Source of the DNA: an uncultured delta proteobacterium
GTDB lineage: Bacteria > Desulfobacterota > Binatia > UBA9968
Reading direction: 5' to 3'
Assembly (NCBI GenBank): GCA_963745835.1
Contig: CAVUZH010000001.1
Location: 101,706-165,705, forward strand
DNA length: 64,000 nucleotides
In this document: one piece after another, positions 10,443 to 20,396 of the stretch
How positions within the stretch are numbered: the first letter of the stretch is position 1
Layout: each line of letters opens with the position of its first letter
Program-made: the position numbers and the translations under genes
The notes under the pieces: model-generated
Databases searched by the model: none
What the model was told of the DNA's origin: nothing
Seen by the model: the letters and a program-made list of their open reading frames with translations, nothing else

Positions 10443-10996
10443 CGCTGCCGGTCCGATACGCCGCCGTATTCGGATCACTGACTTTGTTGCTAGCCGCATG
10501 TGTCGCGCCTGAGCCGAGGCCGGCGGGTGTGGGCCTGAAGTTGAGGCCGGCGGCGCTCGGGAAATCGATTAGCTTGCAGCAGCGTCTGGATGTAGAAGGG
10601 CAGGGCCGCAGCGCTCAGCTCGACGTCGCACTCGAAGTCGACGCTGCACGAATCGATTTGGTTGGCCTCGCGCTCGGCCAGAGAGTGTTGTCGCTTCATT
10701 ACGATGGCAAGACCCTACAGTCATGGCGCCACCCGATGTGGCCAGTTCAACTGCGCGGCGATGAGGTGCTTGAAAACCTACAACTCACACTTTGGCCGGT
10801 TGATGCAATCCGGCAAGCCTTACCCGTCGGCTGGAGCATCGAAGAGCGCGATTTGCGCCGCACCATCCGACAAGATGGTTTAGCCATCATGATAATTGAT
10901 TACAGTGCGTTGCCGTTTTGGAGCGGCAAAGTCGAAGTAACCAACCTGCAGTTTGATTACCGGATAACCATCCAATCCGTTCCCAATGAGCCTTAG
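10433..10996 (+). CDS. Lipoprotein, DUF3261-like (ApeN-like)
   Basis: Lipobox LAAC; LGQRVLSLHYDG and LQLTLWP motifs; cluster position. Confidence 0.75.
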   Translation: MLVALPVRYAAVFGSLTLLLAACVAPEPRPAGVGLKLRPAALGKSISLQQRLDVEGQGRSAQLDVALEVDAARIDLVGLALGQRVLSLHYDGKTLQSWRHPMWPVQLRGDEVLENLQLTLWPVDAIRQALPVGWSIEERDLRRTIRQDGLAIMIIDYSALPFWSGKVEVTNLQFDYRITIQSVPNEP

Positions 10997-12181
10997 ATGA
11001 TTTACCTCAATCAACTTGGAATCGTCTGCCCATTAGGGAATTCCGGTGAGCAGGTGAAACAACGGCTGCTGGATACAGGGCAAAGCGGGGTTTCGTTGTC
11101 TGAGGAGTATTCGCCTGGACGACCGCTTCCCCTGGGCCGCATCGATGCCGAGCTGCCGCTGCCCGCAGTCAGCTATTTGGACGTCATCGCAAGGAGCCGT
11201 AACAACCAAGTGGCACTGGCTGCATTGGCGCAGATCCGAACTGCGGTCGATAGCGCGATTGAGCACTATGGCAAAGGGCGTCTCGGGATCGTGATCGGCA
11301 CCAGTACTTCCGGAATCGCCGAGAGTGAAGCCGCGTTTCGTCACTTCACCAGGAGTGGAAGCCTGCCAGAGCAGTTCCACTATGGGCAGCAGGAATTGAG
11401 CTCTCTGGCTACTCTGCTCGCAGACGAGCTTGGCGTTTGGGGGCCGGCATACGTCCATTCGAGTGCCTGCGCCTCAAGCGCCAAGGCCCTCGCCAGCGCC
11501 GCTCGTTTGCTGTGCGCGGGGGCTTGCGATGCGGTTTTAACCGGCGGCGTGGATACTCTATGCGGTTTTACGGTTGCCGGTTTCGCCGCCCTCGAATCCG
11601 TCAGTGCGACACGGTGCAATCCGCTCAGTCATAATCGCAATGGCATCAATATCGGCGAAGGCGGCGCGCTATTCTTAATGAGCCGTGAGCCTGGACCTGT
11701 CGCACTGCGCGGCTGGGGCGAATCGTCTGACGGCTATCATATGTCAGCTCCGGACCCCAGCGGCGCGGGGGCGCGTCTGGCCGTGGAGCGGGCTCTTTCA
11801 CGCGCTGGAATTTCTGCTGAGACGATCGACTACGTAAACCTCCATGGTACTGGAACTGTGCAGAACGACGCCATGGAAGCGCGCCTCATCCACGCGCTAT
11901 TCGGTGATGCGGTTGCGGTGAGCTCGACTAAACCATTGACCGGGCATGCGCTGGGGGCGGCTGGGGCCATCGAGGCTGGATTGTGTTGGTTGGCGATGCA
12001 GGATGATAACCCTGCCGGCAGATTCCCGCCGCATCTCTGGGATGGCATACCCGATCCGACCCTGCCGGCGCTGAATGTGGCGGAACCAGGTAGCCATCTT
12101 GGCCGACCCTTGGATTGGATATTGAGCAATTCGTTCGCTTTTGGGGGCGCCAATGCAACCCTCGTTTTCGGCAGGGGATGA
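10997..12181 (+). CDS. Beta-ketoacyl-ACP synthase (ApeO-like)
   Basis: SSACASS catalytic Cys, HGTGT, KPLTGH and SNSFAFGG. Confidence 0.92.
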   Translation: MIYLNQLGIVCPLGNSGEQVKQRLLDTGQSGVSLSEEYSPGRPLPLGRIDAELPLPAVSYLDVIARSRNNQVALAALAQIRTAVDSAIEHYGKGRLGIVIGTSTSGIAESEAAFRHFTRSGSLPEQFHYGQQELSSLATLLADELGVWGPAYVHSSACASSAKALASAARLLCAGACDAVLTGGVDTLCGFTVAGFAALESVSATRCNPLSHNRNGINIGEGGALFLMSREPGPVALRGWGESSDGYHMSAPDPSGAGARLAVERALSRAGISAETIDYVNLHGTGTVQNDAMEARLIHALFGDAVAVSSTKPLTGHALGAAGAIEAGLCWLAMQDDNPAGRFPPHLWDGIPDPTLPALNVAEPGSHLGRPLDWILSNSFAFGGANATLVFGRG

Positions 12182-12305
12182 GATGACGTCGCCTGACATC
12201 AGATTCTTCATTTGTGACGAGACTCTATGTGGTTTCCATTCACGGCAGTGAGATGTCTTAGCGGAGCAATGCGATAGTGTGGATCTTTTGATTTCGAAGG
12301 ATGAG

Positions 12306-12761
12306 ATGAGTTGGCCGGATATTAGGTCTTTGATTCCGCACAGTGGCGCAATGGTGCTACTCGATCGGGTAATCGCGGCAGATGAAGAGAGCCTGTGCGC
12401 GGAGGTGCGTATCCGGCTTGATAGCTTGTTCTGCGCGGCGGACGGCGTCGGCGCATGGGTGGGTCTCGAATACATGGCCCAAACCATAGCTGCTTTCGCA
12501 GGATATACCGCTTACGCGCGCGGCGAAGCCGTCAAGCCCGGGTTTTTACTCGGAGCAAGACGCTATGAGTGTACCCTGGCGATGTTCAGTCCGGGCAGCT
12601 TGCTTAGAGTCCATGTCCGGCGCGTGTTGCAGAGCGACAATGGTTTAGGCTCTTTTCAGTGCCATATCGAGCATGAGGAACAAGAAGTCGCCACAGCCAC
12701 GCTCACGGTATTTCAACCGGCCGATGCCGTTGATTTCATCAAAGGGAGCTCGAATGAATAA
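12306..12761 (+). CDS. 3-hydroxyacyl-ACP dehydratase partner, hotdog fold (ApeP-like)
   Basis: LIPHSGAMVLLD, GLEYMAQ and GFLLG motifs; ATG at 12306. Confidence 0.85.
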   Translation: MSWPDIRSLIPHSGAMVLLDRVIAADEESLCAEVRIRLDSLFCAADGVGAWVGLEYMAQTIAAFAGYTAYARGEAVKPGFLLGARRYECTLAMFSPGSLLRVHVRRVLQSDNGLGSFQCHIEHEEQEVATATLTVFQPADAVDFIKGSSNE

Positions 12762-13479
12762 AACCGTCCTGGTAACCGGCTCCAGCCGCGGCATCGGAAA
12801 AGCCATCGCTTATCGGCTCGCGCGGGATGGGTACGATATCGTGGCGCATTGCCGCGCGCGCCGCGAAGAGGCCGATGAATTAGGCCGATCCATTGTCGCA
12901 CTCGGCCGGCAAGCTCGCGTCTTGCAGTTCGATATTGGCGATCGCGCCACCGCCGCAGCAACATTGGAAGAGGACGTTGAGCGGCATGGCTGTTACTACG
13001 GTGTCGTATGTAACGCCGGCGTTGCTCGCGACAGTGTTTTTCCCGCCATGTCAGGAGACGATTGGGACGTTGTTCTCAGAACAAATCTCGACGGTTTTTA
13101 TAATGTGCTCAATCCCTTGATCATGCCGCTGGTGCGCCGACGAGCGCCGGGGCGGATTGTCACTTTGGCGTCGGCGTCCGGGTTGATGGGCAATCGCGGT
13201 CAAGTGAATTACAGCGCAGCGAAGGCCGGCATCATTGGTGCGACTAAAGCGTTGGCGCTGGAGCTGGCAAAACGCGAGATCACTGTAAACTGCGTCGCTC
13301 CGGGACTGATCGAGACAGAAATGATCGATCATGCGCCTGTGGATGAAATACTCAAACTGATTCCTGCGGGTCGAACCGGCACTCCCGATGAGGTCGCGGC
13401 GGCAGTGAGTTTCCTGTTTACGGATGGGGCAGCGTACATCACTCGCCAAGTCATCTCGGTCAATGGCGGGCTCATATGA
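12754..13479 (+). CDS. fabG: 3-oxoacyl-ACP reductase (ApeQ-like)
   Basis: TGSSRGIG, NAG, YSAAK and VAPGLIET SDR motifs. Confidence 0.92.
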   Translation: MNKTVLVTGSSRGIGKAIAYRLARDGYDIVAHCRARREEADELGRSIVALGRQARVLQFDIGDRATAAATLEEDVERHGCYYGVVCNAGVARDSVFPAMSGDDWDVVLRTNLDGFYNVLNPLIMPLVRRRAPGRIVTLASASGLMGNRGQVNYSAAKAGIIGATKALALELAKREITVNCVAPGLIETEMIDHAPVDEILKLIPAGRTGTPDEVAAAVSFLFTDGAAYITRQVISVNGGLI

Positions 13480-14708
13480 GGCGACGGGTCGCGGTCACCG
13501 GCATGGCTGGCATCAGTCCCATCGGCAATCACTGGGCCGGCATTCGGGCGCGCTTGGCGAGCTATCGCAATGCCGTCATGCGCATGCCGGAGTGGTCCGA
13601 CTATGATGGTCTGAATACGTTGCTGGGCGCGCCGGCGGCGCCGTTTGAGCTGTCGGAACGCTACACCAACAAGGCAACCCGCAGCATGGGGAGAGTAGCT
13701 TTGATGGCTACCCGCGCCAGCGAACTAGCTTTACTCGATGCCGGGCTGCTCGAATGACCCGCTTTTGAAAAGCGGTCACTTGGGCATCGCCTATGGCTCT
13801 TCGGCCGGCACCCCCAAAGCTATTTGCGATTTCGGCAAGATGATCGATGAAAAAAGTACCAAGGGCATCAATGCGACGACTTACATAAAAATGATGGGGC
13901 ATACCGCGCCGGTAAATCTCGGGGTTTTTCTGGGCATTACGGGCCGGATTGTCACAACCTCCAGCGCTTGTACCTCGGGTAGTCAAGGGATCGGGTACGC
14001 ATATGAAACCATTCGCAGCGGGCGTCAGCGAGCAATGATTGCCGGCGGTGCCGAAGAACTGTGCGTCACCGAGGTAGCAGTTTTTGATACTCTATTTGCC
14101 ACCAGCGCGCGCAACGAAGCCGCCGAATCGACACCGCGCCCTTTCGATGCAGAGCGCGATGGCCTTGTCCTTGGCGAGGGCGCTGGCAGCTTGGTTTTGG
14201 AAAATCTCGAACATGCCCGCGCCCGGGGCGCTAAAATCTTTGCCGAAGTGGTCGGCTTCGGCACCAACAGCGATGGCAGTCACATCACCCAGCCAAATGC
14301 GACGCACTATGCAAATTGCGATGGAGTTGGCGCTGGCTGACGCCGGTATCCCGCCATCGTCTATCGGTTACGTCAACGCTCACGGGACCGCGACCGAACA
14401 CGGCGATATCGCGGAATCGAAAGCTACGCGGCAAGTTTTCGGCGGCCAGGTGCCGATCAGTTCTCTTAAAAGCTACATGGGACATACGCTCGGAGCTTGC
14501 GGCGCTTTGGAATCATGGATCAGCATCGAGATGATGCGCGCAGCGTGGTTTGCGCCGACGATCAATCTTTCCCGGATCGATCCGCACTGTGCCGATCTCG
14601 ACTACATTGTCGGCGCGCGGCCGGCATCTCGAATGCGAATATGTCATGTCCAACAATTTCGCCTTCGGCGGTATTAATACTTCGTTGATCTTCAAGAGGT
14701 ACGATTGA
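13476..14708 (+). CDS. Beta-ketoacyl-ACP synthase II (ApeR/FabF-like); apparent frameshifts near 13755, 14305 and 14615
   Basis: Fragments join into one KS: RRVAVTGM, SSACTSG, RPFDAERDG, NAHGTAT, KSYMGHTLG, MSNNFAFGGINTSLIF; stop at 14706-14708. Confidence 0.87.
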
Positions 14709-14792
14709 GGCGAAAGTGGCCGTCCGACGATACGTCCAGCAGAAGATCGGATTGAAACTTACATGAATGGATCAAAGTCGAAGGAGAACCGA

Positions 14793-15290
14793 ATGGCTAA
14801 CGTAATGTCCATGGCAGTTTTGATTCTGTGTCTGGCGATCGCTTTACCCGCACATGGGCGCGACACGAGACATCTCCTGCCGATTGCGGTTGTGATGGAG
14901 GTTAAAGACGCGCAGGACAAGCTTGATGGTTCGGTGAAGTTCTACTTCGGTGATCAACCGACGCCGCAGGTCTTAACGAATTTAGGCAGCGATGTATCGA
15001 ATCGCAAGACCAATGCTTTTGGCAAATCCGATGAGAAAGCCTGCAATTGGGCCTTCCTTTCAGCTATGGTGGCGCTCCAAACACGCGCGCAGCAACTGGG
15101 CGCAAACGCGGTCATCAACATCGTTAGCTATTACAACAAAAAAGTAATGTCGAGCGCGACCGAGTTCGAGTGCTATGCGGGGGCAATCATTGCTGGCGTG
15201 GTGTTGAAAGGTGATTTCGTAAAACTTGCCGACTGGATGAGCGAAATAGCCGCTGCGCAACCGTCTGGTTGCTCGACATTCGACGGGTAA
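14793..15290 (+). CDS. Exported YbjQ/RcsF-like small protein often found beside APE clusters
   Basis: AAGGAG RBS, signal peptide, RKTNAFGKSDEKAC and AQQLGANAVINIVSYY motifs; C-terminal boundary uncertain. Confidence 0.7.
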   Translation: MANVMSMAVLILCLAIALPAHGRDTRHLLPIAVVMEVKDAQDKLDGSVKFYFGDQPTPQVLTNLGSDVSNRKTNAFGKSDEKACNWAFLSAMVALQTRAQQLGANAVINIVSYYNKKVMSSATEFECYAGAIIAGVVLKGDFVKLADWMSEIAAAQPSGCSTFDG

Positions 15291-15940
15291 CTGAGTTTGC
15301 TGTCGCTGGTTTCGAGCAGCGACTCGCCGCGTCCGAGGCTCACCGATACGCCACATTTGCGCGGAAACAGCGTAAGCGGCAGTTCGTGGTTGGGCGAATG
15401 CTCCTTCGATTAGCGGTTTCCAAGATGATGAATGTGCCGGTTCACGACATCACAGTCATAGACCGGGTGGGATCCGCTCCAAAGCTTTTCTTTGCTGATG
15501 GACAATCCTCACCGCCAAATTTCAGCATCTCTCACAGCGGGAATTGGGTCGGCTGCGCGCTCAGCACCGACGTGATGTTGGGCTTCGATCTAGAAATCAA
15601 CCATCCCGATCGTGATATTGTCGCTCTTAGCCAAGCGGCATTTGAACCTGACGAGCAGCTTTGGCTAATGCAGCAACCAGATGCTGATCGGATTGCGGCA
15701 TTCTATCGCTTATGGAGCACCCGTGAAGCTTTGTACAAGCTCATGTCCAGCCTGGGACGGGAGATGCCGTCGTCATCCTTAAAGCGCGCGCTGGATCACG
15801 ATGATTCACAAGGCTGGCACCACCGCGCAGTGGTGCATGATCGGCTCACTGCGGTTGTTTGCAGCGATAGATCGATATCCAGGTTACTGAAGGTTGTGCT
15901 TGCCGAACTCACTTCGGCAGAGTTGCTGGCTTGCGCCTAA
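15269..15940 (+). CDS. Sfp-type 4'-phosphopantetheinyl transferase
   Basis: FSISHSG, LGFDLE and FYRLWSTREALYK motifs; start uncertain. Confidence 0.85.
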   Translation: MLDIRRVTEFAVAGFEQRLAASEAHRYATFARKQRKRQFVVGRMLLRLAVSKMMNVPVHDITVIDRVGSAPKLFFADGQSSPPNFSISHSGNWVGCALSTDVMLGFDLEINHPDRDIVALSQAAFEPDEQLWLMQQPDADRIAAFYRLWSTREALYKLMSSLGREMPSSSLKRALDHDDSQGWHHRAVVHDRLTAVVCSDRSISRLLKVVLAELTSAELLACA

Positions 15941-15964
15941 GCGTCCGCTGCGAATCGCGGAAGT

Positions 15965-16534
15965 TTAGTTCTCACGGACATTCCATAAAAAAATGGTGTG
16001 GTAGTGAACGTATCCGCCGGCTTTCTTCTCCGGTTCAGGTAACTTTTCCGTCTTATCGGGTGTCCAACCTTCGATGCCGAAGTCGTGAGCGACAATGCGG
16101 GATCCCGGTTTAAGGTAATTTCTGAAATTGGGCTTCATAGCTTCATTGAACCACGGAAGCATGTAAAGCGTTACCACTGTTGCCGGTGAAAGGTCGGTCT
16201 TCAAAGCATCTTCTGCGCGAAATTCGACCAAGTGACTGACGCCTTCCACCTCGGCGGATTTGCGCGCTTTATCGAGGAGCGTCTGGTCCATCTCAATGCC
16301 GACGCCGCGCGCGCCGTACTTCTTGGCGGCGCGAATCACGACCCGTCCGTCGCCGCTGCCGAGGTCATACACCACATCATTTTTCTGGATCTGAGCCATT
16401 TCGAGCATTTTGTCGATGACTTCGATGGGCGTCGGGACAAAAGGGATTTCCTCCGGAAAGTCTGCAGTTGCCTCAACAACGCCGAAAGCGAGTAGCCAAA
16501 CGAAGACAACCAGCGAGGATAATTTTTCTTTCAT
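15965..16534 (-). CDS. Class I SAM-dependent methyltransferase with N-terminal signal/TM segment
   Basis: PFVPTP, YDLGSGDGR, GVGIE and LKPGSRIVAHDF motifs. Confidence 0.85.
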   Translation of the reverse strand: MKEKLSSLVVFVWLLAFGVVEATADFPEEIPFVPTPIEVIDKMLEMAQIQKNDVVYDLGSGDGRVVIRAAKKYGARGVGIEMDQTLLDKARKSAEVEGVSHLVEFRAEDALKTDLSPATVVTLYMLPWFNEAMKPNFRNYLKPGSRIVAHDFGIEGWTPDKTEKLPEPEKKAGGYVHYHTIFLWNVREN

Positions 16535-16706
16535 CGCGACCCTAGAATCATAAAGGATATTGAAGCCTTGTCTCAGCGCGGCGGTTAGATTCTTGGTAGG
16601 CGGCTGTCCGTATTGTTACAAAGTGTTTACCCGGATGCATTGGGGTTCACCCAGGCAGCGACCGACCGGGTTTGTGAAGTAAGCCCGAACTGGTTTATAT
16701 AAAATA

Positions 16707-18032
16707 ATGCAAAACAACAAGATAGGTACCGCAGCGCGCCCGCCGCTATCCTTGCCTTTTTATTATGGTTGGTTCGTTTTATCGATTGTCTTTCTGACAA
16801 CATTGACCAGTGCCGGGGTTCGTTCCTCGCCGTCGGTGCTGATTCACCCTTTAGAAGCTGAGTTTGGCTGGAGCCGAGCCCTGATCGCCTCGGCCGTCAG
16901 CATGAATCTATTGCTGTTTGGCGTTGCTGCGCCGATCAGCGGCTGGCTGATCGACAAATATGGTCCGCGCAAAGTCATGATCGGCAGCCTGGCTCTATTG
17001 ATTTTCGGCGTAAGCGGCACGATGGCGATGGATCAGTTCTGGCAATTTTTTCTGGTTTGGGGAGTGGTCGTTGGACTCGGCGCCGGCGGGGTGGGCTCGG
17101 TTCTAACGGCGACTGTGGGGAACCGCTGGTTCGTCGCCAGACGCGGCCTGGCACTGGGGATTCTTGGCAGCGCCAGCTCCACCGGGCAGATAATCTTCCT
17201 GCCTTTGTTCATGGCCGCAATCACCTATGCCGGCTGGCGCATGGGATCGATGGCGTTGATCATTGTTGCGATTATCTTGGTGCCGCTGATTTACTTTTTC
17301 ATGCGCGATGATCCGTCTGAGGTCGGACTGGAACCTTATGGAGCGGGAGATCCGGCGGGTGCAAGTTCAGGCGGCGTGGCTTCGCTGCGGGGCATGCGAT
17401 CTGGCAACGCCACTATCACAGCGCGCGAAGTGATTTCCCATCCAACCTTCTGGCTATTGGCGGCTAGCTTCTTTGTTTGCGGCGGAACCGCCAACGGTCT
17501 GATCGGCACCCATTTGATTCCCCACGAAATCGACCGAGGTATTCCACAGATCACTGCGGCGTCTTTACTCGGCGTTATGGGCGCGCTCAATATGGTCGGC
17601 ACGATTTTTTCAGGTTGGATGATTGACCGTGTCCAGCCGCAACGATGGCTGGCGTTGGTATACGCGCTTCGCGGGCTTTCGCTGCTCATGCTGCCGTTTG
17701 TTCATAGTATTTCAGGATTTTTTCTTTTCGCAGTGATTTACGGATTGGATTGGTTTGCCACAGTGCCGCCGTCGATGGCGATCACTGCGGACACGTTCGG
17801 CAAGCAAAACGTAGGTAAGGTTTATGGCTGGATTTTTATGTCGCATCAGATCGGCGCGGCGATTATGGCTTCGAGCGCGGGCGCGCTTCGCACCTGGTTG
17901 GGCGACTATCATTCTGCCTTTTTTTCAGGCGGGGTGATTGCGCTGGTCGCCGCGGGACTGGCATTGCAGATTAAAACCAAGCCTAAAGCAGTTCCGCCGG
18001 TCACGGTGCACGCGCAGCCGGCAGGAGCCTGA
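16707..18032 (+). CDS. MFS transporter (OFA/monocarboxylate-like)
   Basis: About 12 TM helices; GWLIDKYGPR motif A; WFVARRGLALG. Confidence 0.9.
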   Translation: MQNNKIGTAARPPLSLPFYYGWFVLSIVFLTTLTSAGVRSSPSVLIHPLEAEFGWSRALIASAVSMNLLLFGVAAPISGWLIDKYGPRKVMIGSLALLIFGVSGTMAMDQFWQFFLVWGVVVGLGAGGVGSVLTATVGNRWFVARRGLALGILGSASSTGQIIFLPLFMAAITYAGWRMGSMALIIVAIILVPLIYFFMRDDPSEVGLEPYGAGDPAGASSGGVASLRGMRSGNATITAREVISHPTFWLLAASFFVCGGTANGLIGTHLIPHEIDRGIPQITAASLLGVMGALNMVGTIFSGWMIDRVQPQRWLALVYALRGLSLLMLPFVHSISGFFLFAVIYGLDWFATVPPSMAITADTFGKQNVGKVYGWIFMSHQIGAAIMASSAGALRTWLGDYHSAFFSGGVIALVAAGLALQIKTKPKAVPPVTVHAQPAGA

Positions 18033-18068
18033 CCAACGATAAACACAAGCTGAAAGCGTAGGCTCCTG

Positions 18069-18480
18069 TCAGTCAGATTCGGTAAAGTTCGACACGCGCC
18101 AGTGATCTCCGTCTCTGCGCGCGGCTATCAACCACTTGCGGGTAAAAGAGGTGCCATCGTCGGATTGAATCGTCCCTTCGTAAAGAAAAGAGGCTCGCCG
18201 TTCTCCTTCCTTTTTCTCTAGTAGCCGGTAGTTGACTCGAGGCTTCTGAGTCGAGGCATCGATTGTCTGGCCCCTGGTTAGCCTGATCTCGTCATTAACC
18301 TTGTCCAAAGCGATACTGACAGTGTAATCTTTGGCCTTTTGCAAGTCGAAACTCACATAATGGTGATCGACGAAGGCTTCGGTTACGCCTTGCGCAGTAC
18401 TGAGATCGCGACCGCAGCCAATGGCCAATAGAGCGATAAGAGCAAAAACCACACAGGAGGGATGTGCGAATGATTTTCAT
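18069..18480 (-). CDS. Lipoprotein of unknown function; probable true start 18480 with an indel near 18455
   Basis: Lipobox LAIGC; ATG at 18480 overlaps the upstream stop (ATGA) and gives a basic MKIIRT N-region in another frame. Confidence 0.65.
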
Positions 18481-19244
18481 TTGGCGCGACGACCAACGTG
18501 TGCCGTGAGCCAATCGACGGCTTCGGTAAGAGCTTGCTGCATCATCAGCGGATTGGACAGGCGATGGTCGGTTCCTTTCAATATCAACAATTTTTTTTTA
18601 CCCGAGATGCATGCGTTCAGTTCATGCGCTTCTTCGACCGGCACGACCTCGTCGCTTTCGCCATGAATGATCAGTACCGGACAAGCGATTTTGCGCGCGG
18701 ATTCGATGACATTGAGGGATTCTAAATCCTCAAGCAACGCCAGATTAAGCCGCTGCCTGTTGTAGAAGGTAAAGCCGCGGTCCCGCCATTTTTGCAATGC
18801 GTCCGGGCTGAGAATCCGGCGCGGGAAAGCTTCAGGGTGGACCGGCGCGGCGATCGTGACCAGAGCAGCAATGCCTGGATCTTCGGCAGCAAACAGCAAA
18901 GCCACAGTGCCGCCCATGCTGGAGCCGAGAATTCCGATGTCGCCGGAATAACGATCGCGGATAAAAGAACATGCCCCGCGCAGGTCCTCGACCTCGCCGC
19001 TGTAGGTGATGTCTTCAAACCTCTCGCTGGATTCGCCGACGTATGCAAAATCAAATCTGAGGGTGAGAAACCCGCTTGTAGCTAAACCGCGACTGAGAGA
19101 AATCAATTTTTCGCTGTCCTTGTTGGAGTCCATGCCGTGGCACAGGATAATCGCACCGCAGGGCGAATCGCCGGCCGGATGATGCAGTATGCCAACGATA
19201 TTCTTAGCGCCGCTACTACCAAAAGATATTCTTTCTTCCAACAT
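18477..19244 (-). CDS. Alpha/beta hydrolase
   Basis: CHG oxyanion, GSSMGG nucleophile, IHGESDEVVP and GTDH. Confidence 0.9.
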   Translation of the reverse strand: MLEERISFGSSGAKNIVGILHHPAGDSPCGAIILCHGMDSNKDSEKLISLSRGLATSGFLTLRFDFAYVGESSERFEDITYSGEVEDLRGACSFIRDRYSGDIGILGSSMGGTVALLFAAEDPGIAALVTIAAPVHPEAFPRRILSPDALQKWRDRGFTFYNRQRLNLALLEDLESLNVIESARKIACPVLIIHGESDEVVPVEEAHELNACISGKKKLLILKGTDHRLSNPLMMQQALTEAVDWLTAHVGRRAK

Positions 19245-19396
19245 TTGACTCGCGCGAGTTAGCAGGACTCTAGCTCAGATTTATTTAACTTTGAAGTCAG
19301 CTATCGAGATCGATGGACAGCAGAAACATTGAACTTGCCGATTTCGTTTGATGGGGCGGTATGTTATCGTTTGAAAGATCTGGCCCAGCAGCACAA

Positions 19397-20305
19397 GTGA
19401 ACGAGCTTATTAAGAGATTTATCGATCATCTCCGCGATCAGCGCAATCTCTCGTCGCACACACTGAGAAATTATCTAAGCGATCTCAATCAGTTCCAGCA
19501 GTTTCTTCGCGATAGCGATTTTTGTCTGGACGAAACCGGGAACATAGACGAGCAAAGACTGGACATTCATATCGTGCGCGCTTACCTGGCTTCAATAAAC
19601 AAGCATCGCAAAAAGAGTTCTGTGGCGCGCAAGCTGGCGGCGCTGAAAGGATTCTTTAAATATTTGGCGGCCACCGGGCAGATCGCAACAAACCCTATAT
19701 TGCTGATTCAGACGCCCAAGCAGGACAAGCCGCTGCCCTCTTTTCTCTCGGTGGACGATGTGTTCCAGCTTCTGGGCGGTATCGCGATCAAAGGATCGTT
19801 AGATGTGCGCGATCGAGCTATGCTCGAGGTGTTTTATTCGACGGGAATACGGGCCAGTGAATTGGTTGGGCTTAACTGGAGTGATATTGATTTTCAGCTG
19901 GGCATCATCCGAGTGGTCGGAAAAGGATCCAAAGAGCGGATCGTGCCGATTGGCACGATAGCAATGCAAGCGCTACAAGATTATAGTTTAGAACATAAAA
20001 AGAATTGGAATCTGCCCTGCAAAGGCGAAAATGCGGTCTTTCTTAACCGCCGGGGCAAAAGGATGACGACCCGAAGCGTAGGGCGCAGCGTTGAAAAGCA
20101 TTTGAAAGCTTGCGGGATCCCGTTGCATATCGGCCCGCACGGTTTGCGGCACACGTTTGCTACTCACCTTTTAAATAGCGGCGCCGATCTTCGAGTGATA
20201 CAGGAAATGCTTGGCCATGCGAGTCTTTCCACAACTCAACACTATACGCACCTAAACTTGGATCAGTTAACGGCGGTGTACGATAAAGCTCATCCACGCG
20301 CCTGA
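19397..20305 (+). CDS. xerC: Tyrosine recombinase XerC
   Basis: TGIRASE, GKGSKER, HGLRHTFATH, LGHASLSTTQHYTH catalytic set; directly upstream of hslVU. Confidence 0.9.
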   Translation: MNELIKRFIDHLRDQRNLSSHTLRNYLSDLNQFQQFLRDSDFCLDETGNIDEQRLDIHIVRAYLASINKHRKKSSVARKLAALKGFFKYLAATGQIATNPILLIQTPKQDKPLPSFLSVDDVFQLLGGIAIKGSLDVRDRAMLEVFYSTGIRASELVGLNWSDIDFQLGIIRVVGKGSKERIVPIGTIAMQALQDYSLEHKKNWNLPCKGENAVFLNRRGKRMTTRSVGRSVEKHLKACGIPLHIGPHGLRHTFATHLLNSGADLRVIQEMLGHASLSTTQHYTHLNLDQLTAVYDKAHPRA

Positions 20306-20364
20306 AGCAGGACTTAAGCGATACGCGCGAGTTACCGTGAGATTATCTTCGAATCGTGGATCAT

Positions 20365-20392
20365 TGAAATTTGAATGATGAATGGTGAGTTG
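20365..20392 (+). repeat. Degenerate heptamer tandem repeat x4
   Basis: TGAAATT-TGAATGA-TGAATGG-TGAGTTG immediately before the hslV start. Confidence 0.45.
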
Positions 20393-20396
20393 AGAG

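Noticed and set aside
13476-14708. Inactivation of the APE cluster through the broken second KS
   Set aside because: All catalytic motifs are preserved and the breaks match the window-wide indel pattern
19397-20305. Tyrosine recombinase as a phage or integron integrase
   Set aside because: XerC-like sequence in the conserved xerC-hslV-hslU context; no att sites, cassettes or phage genes
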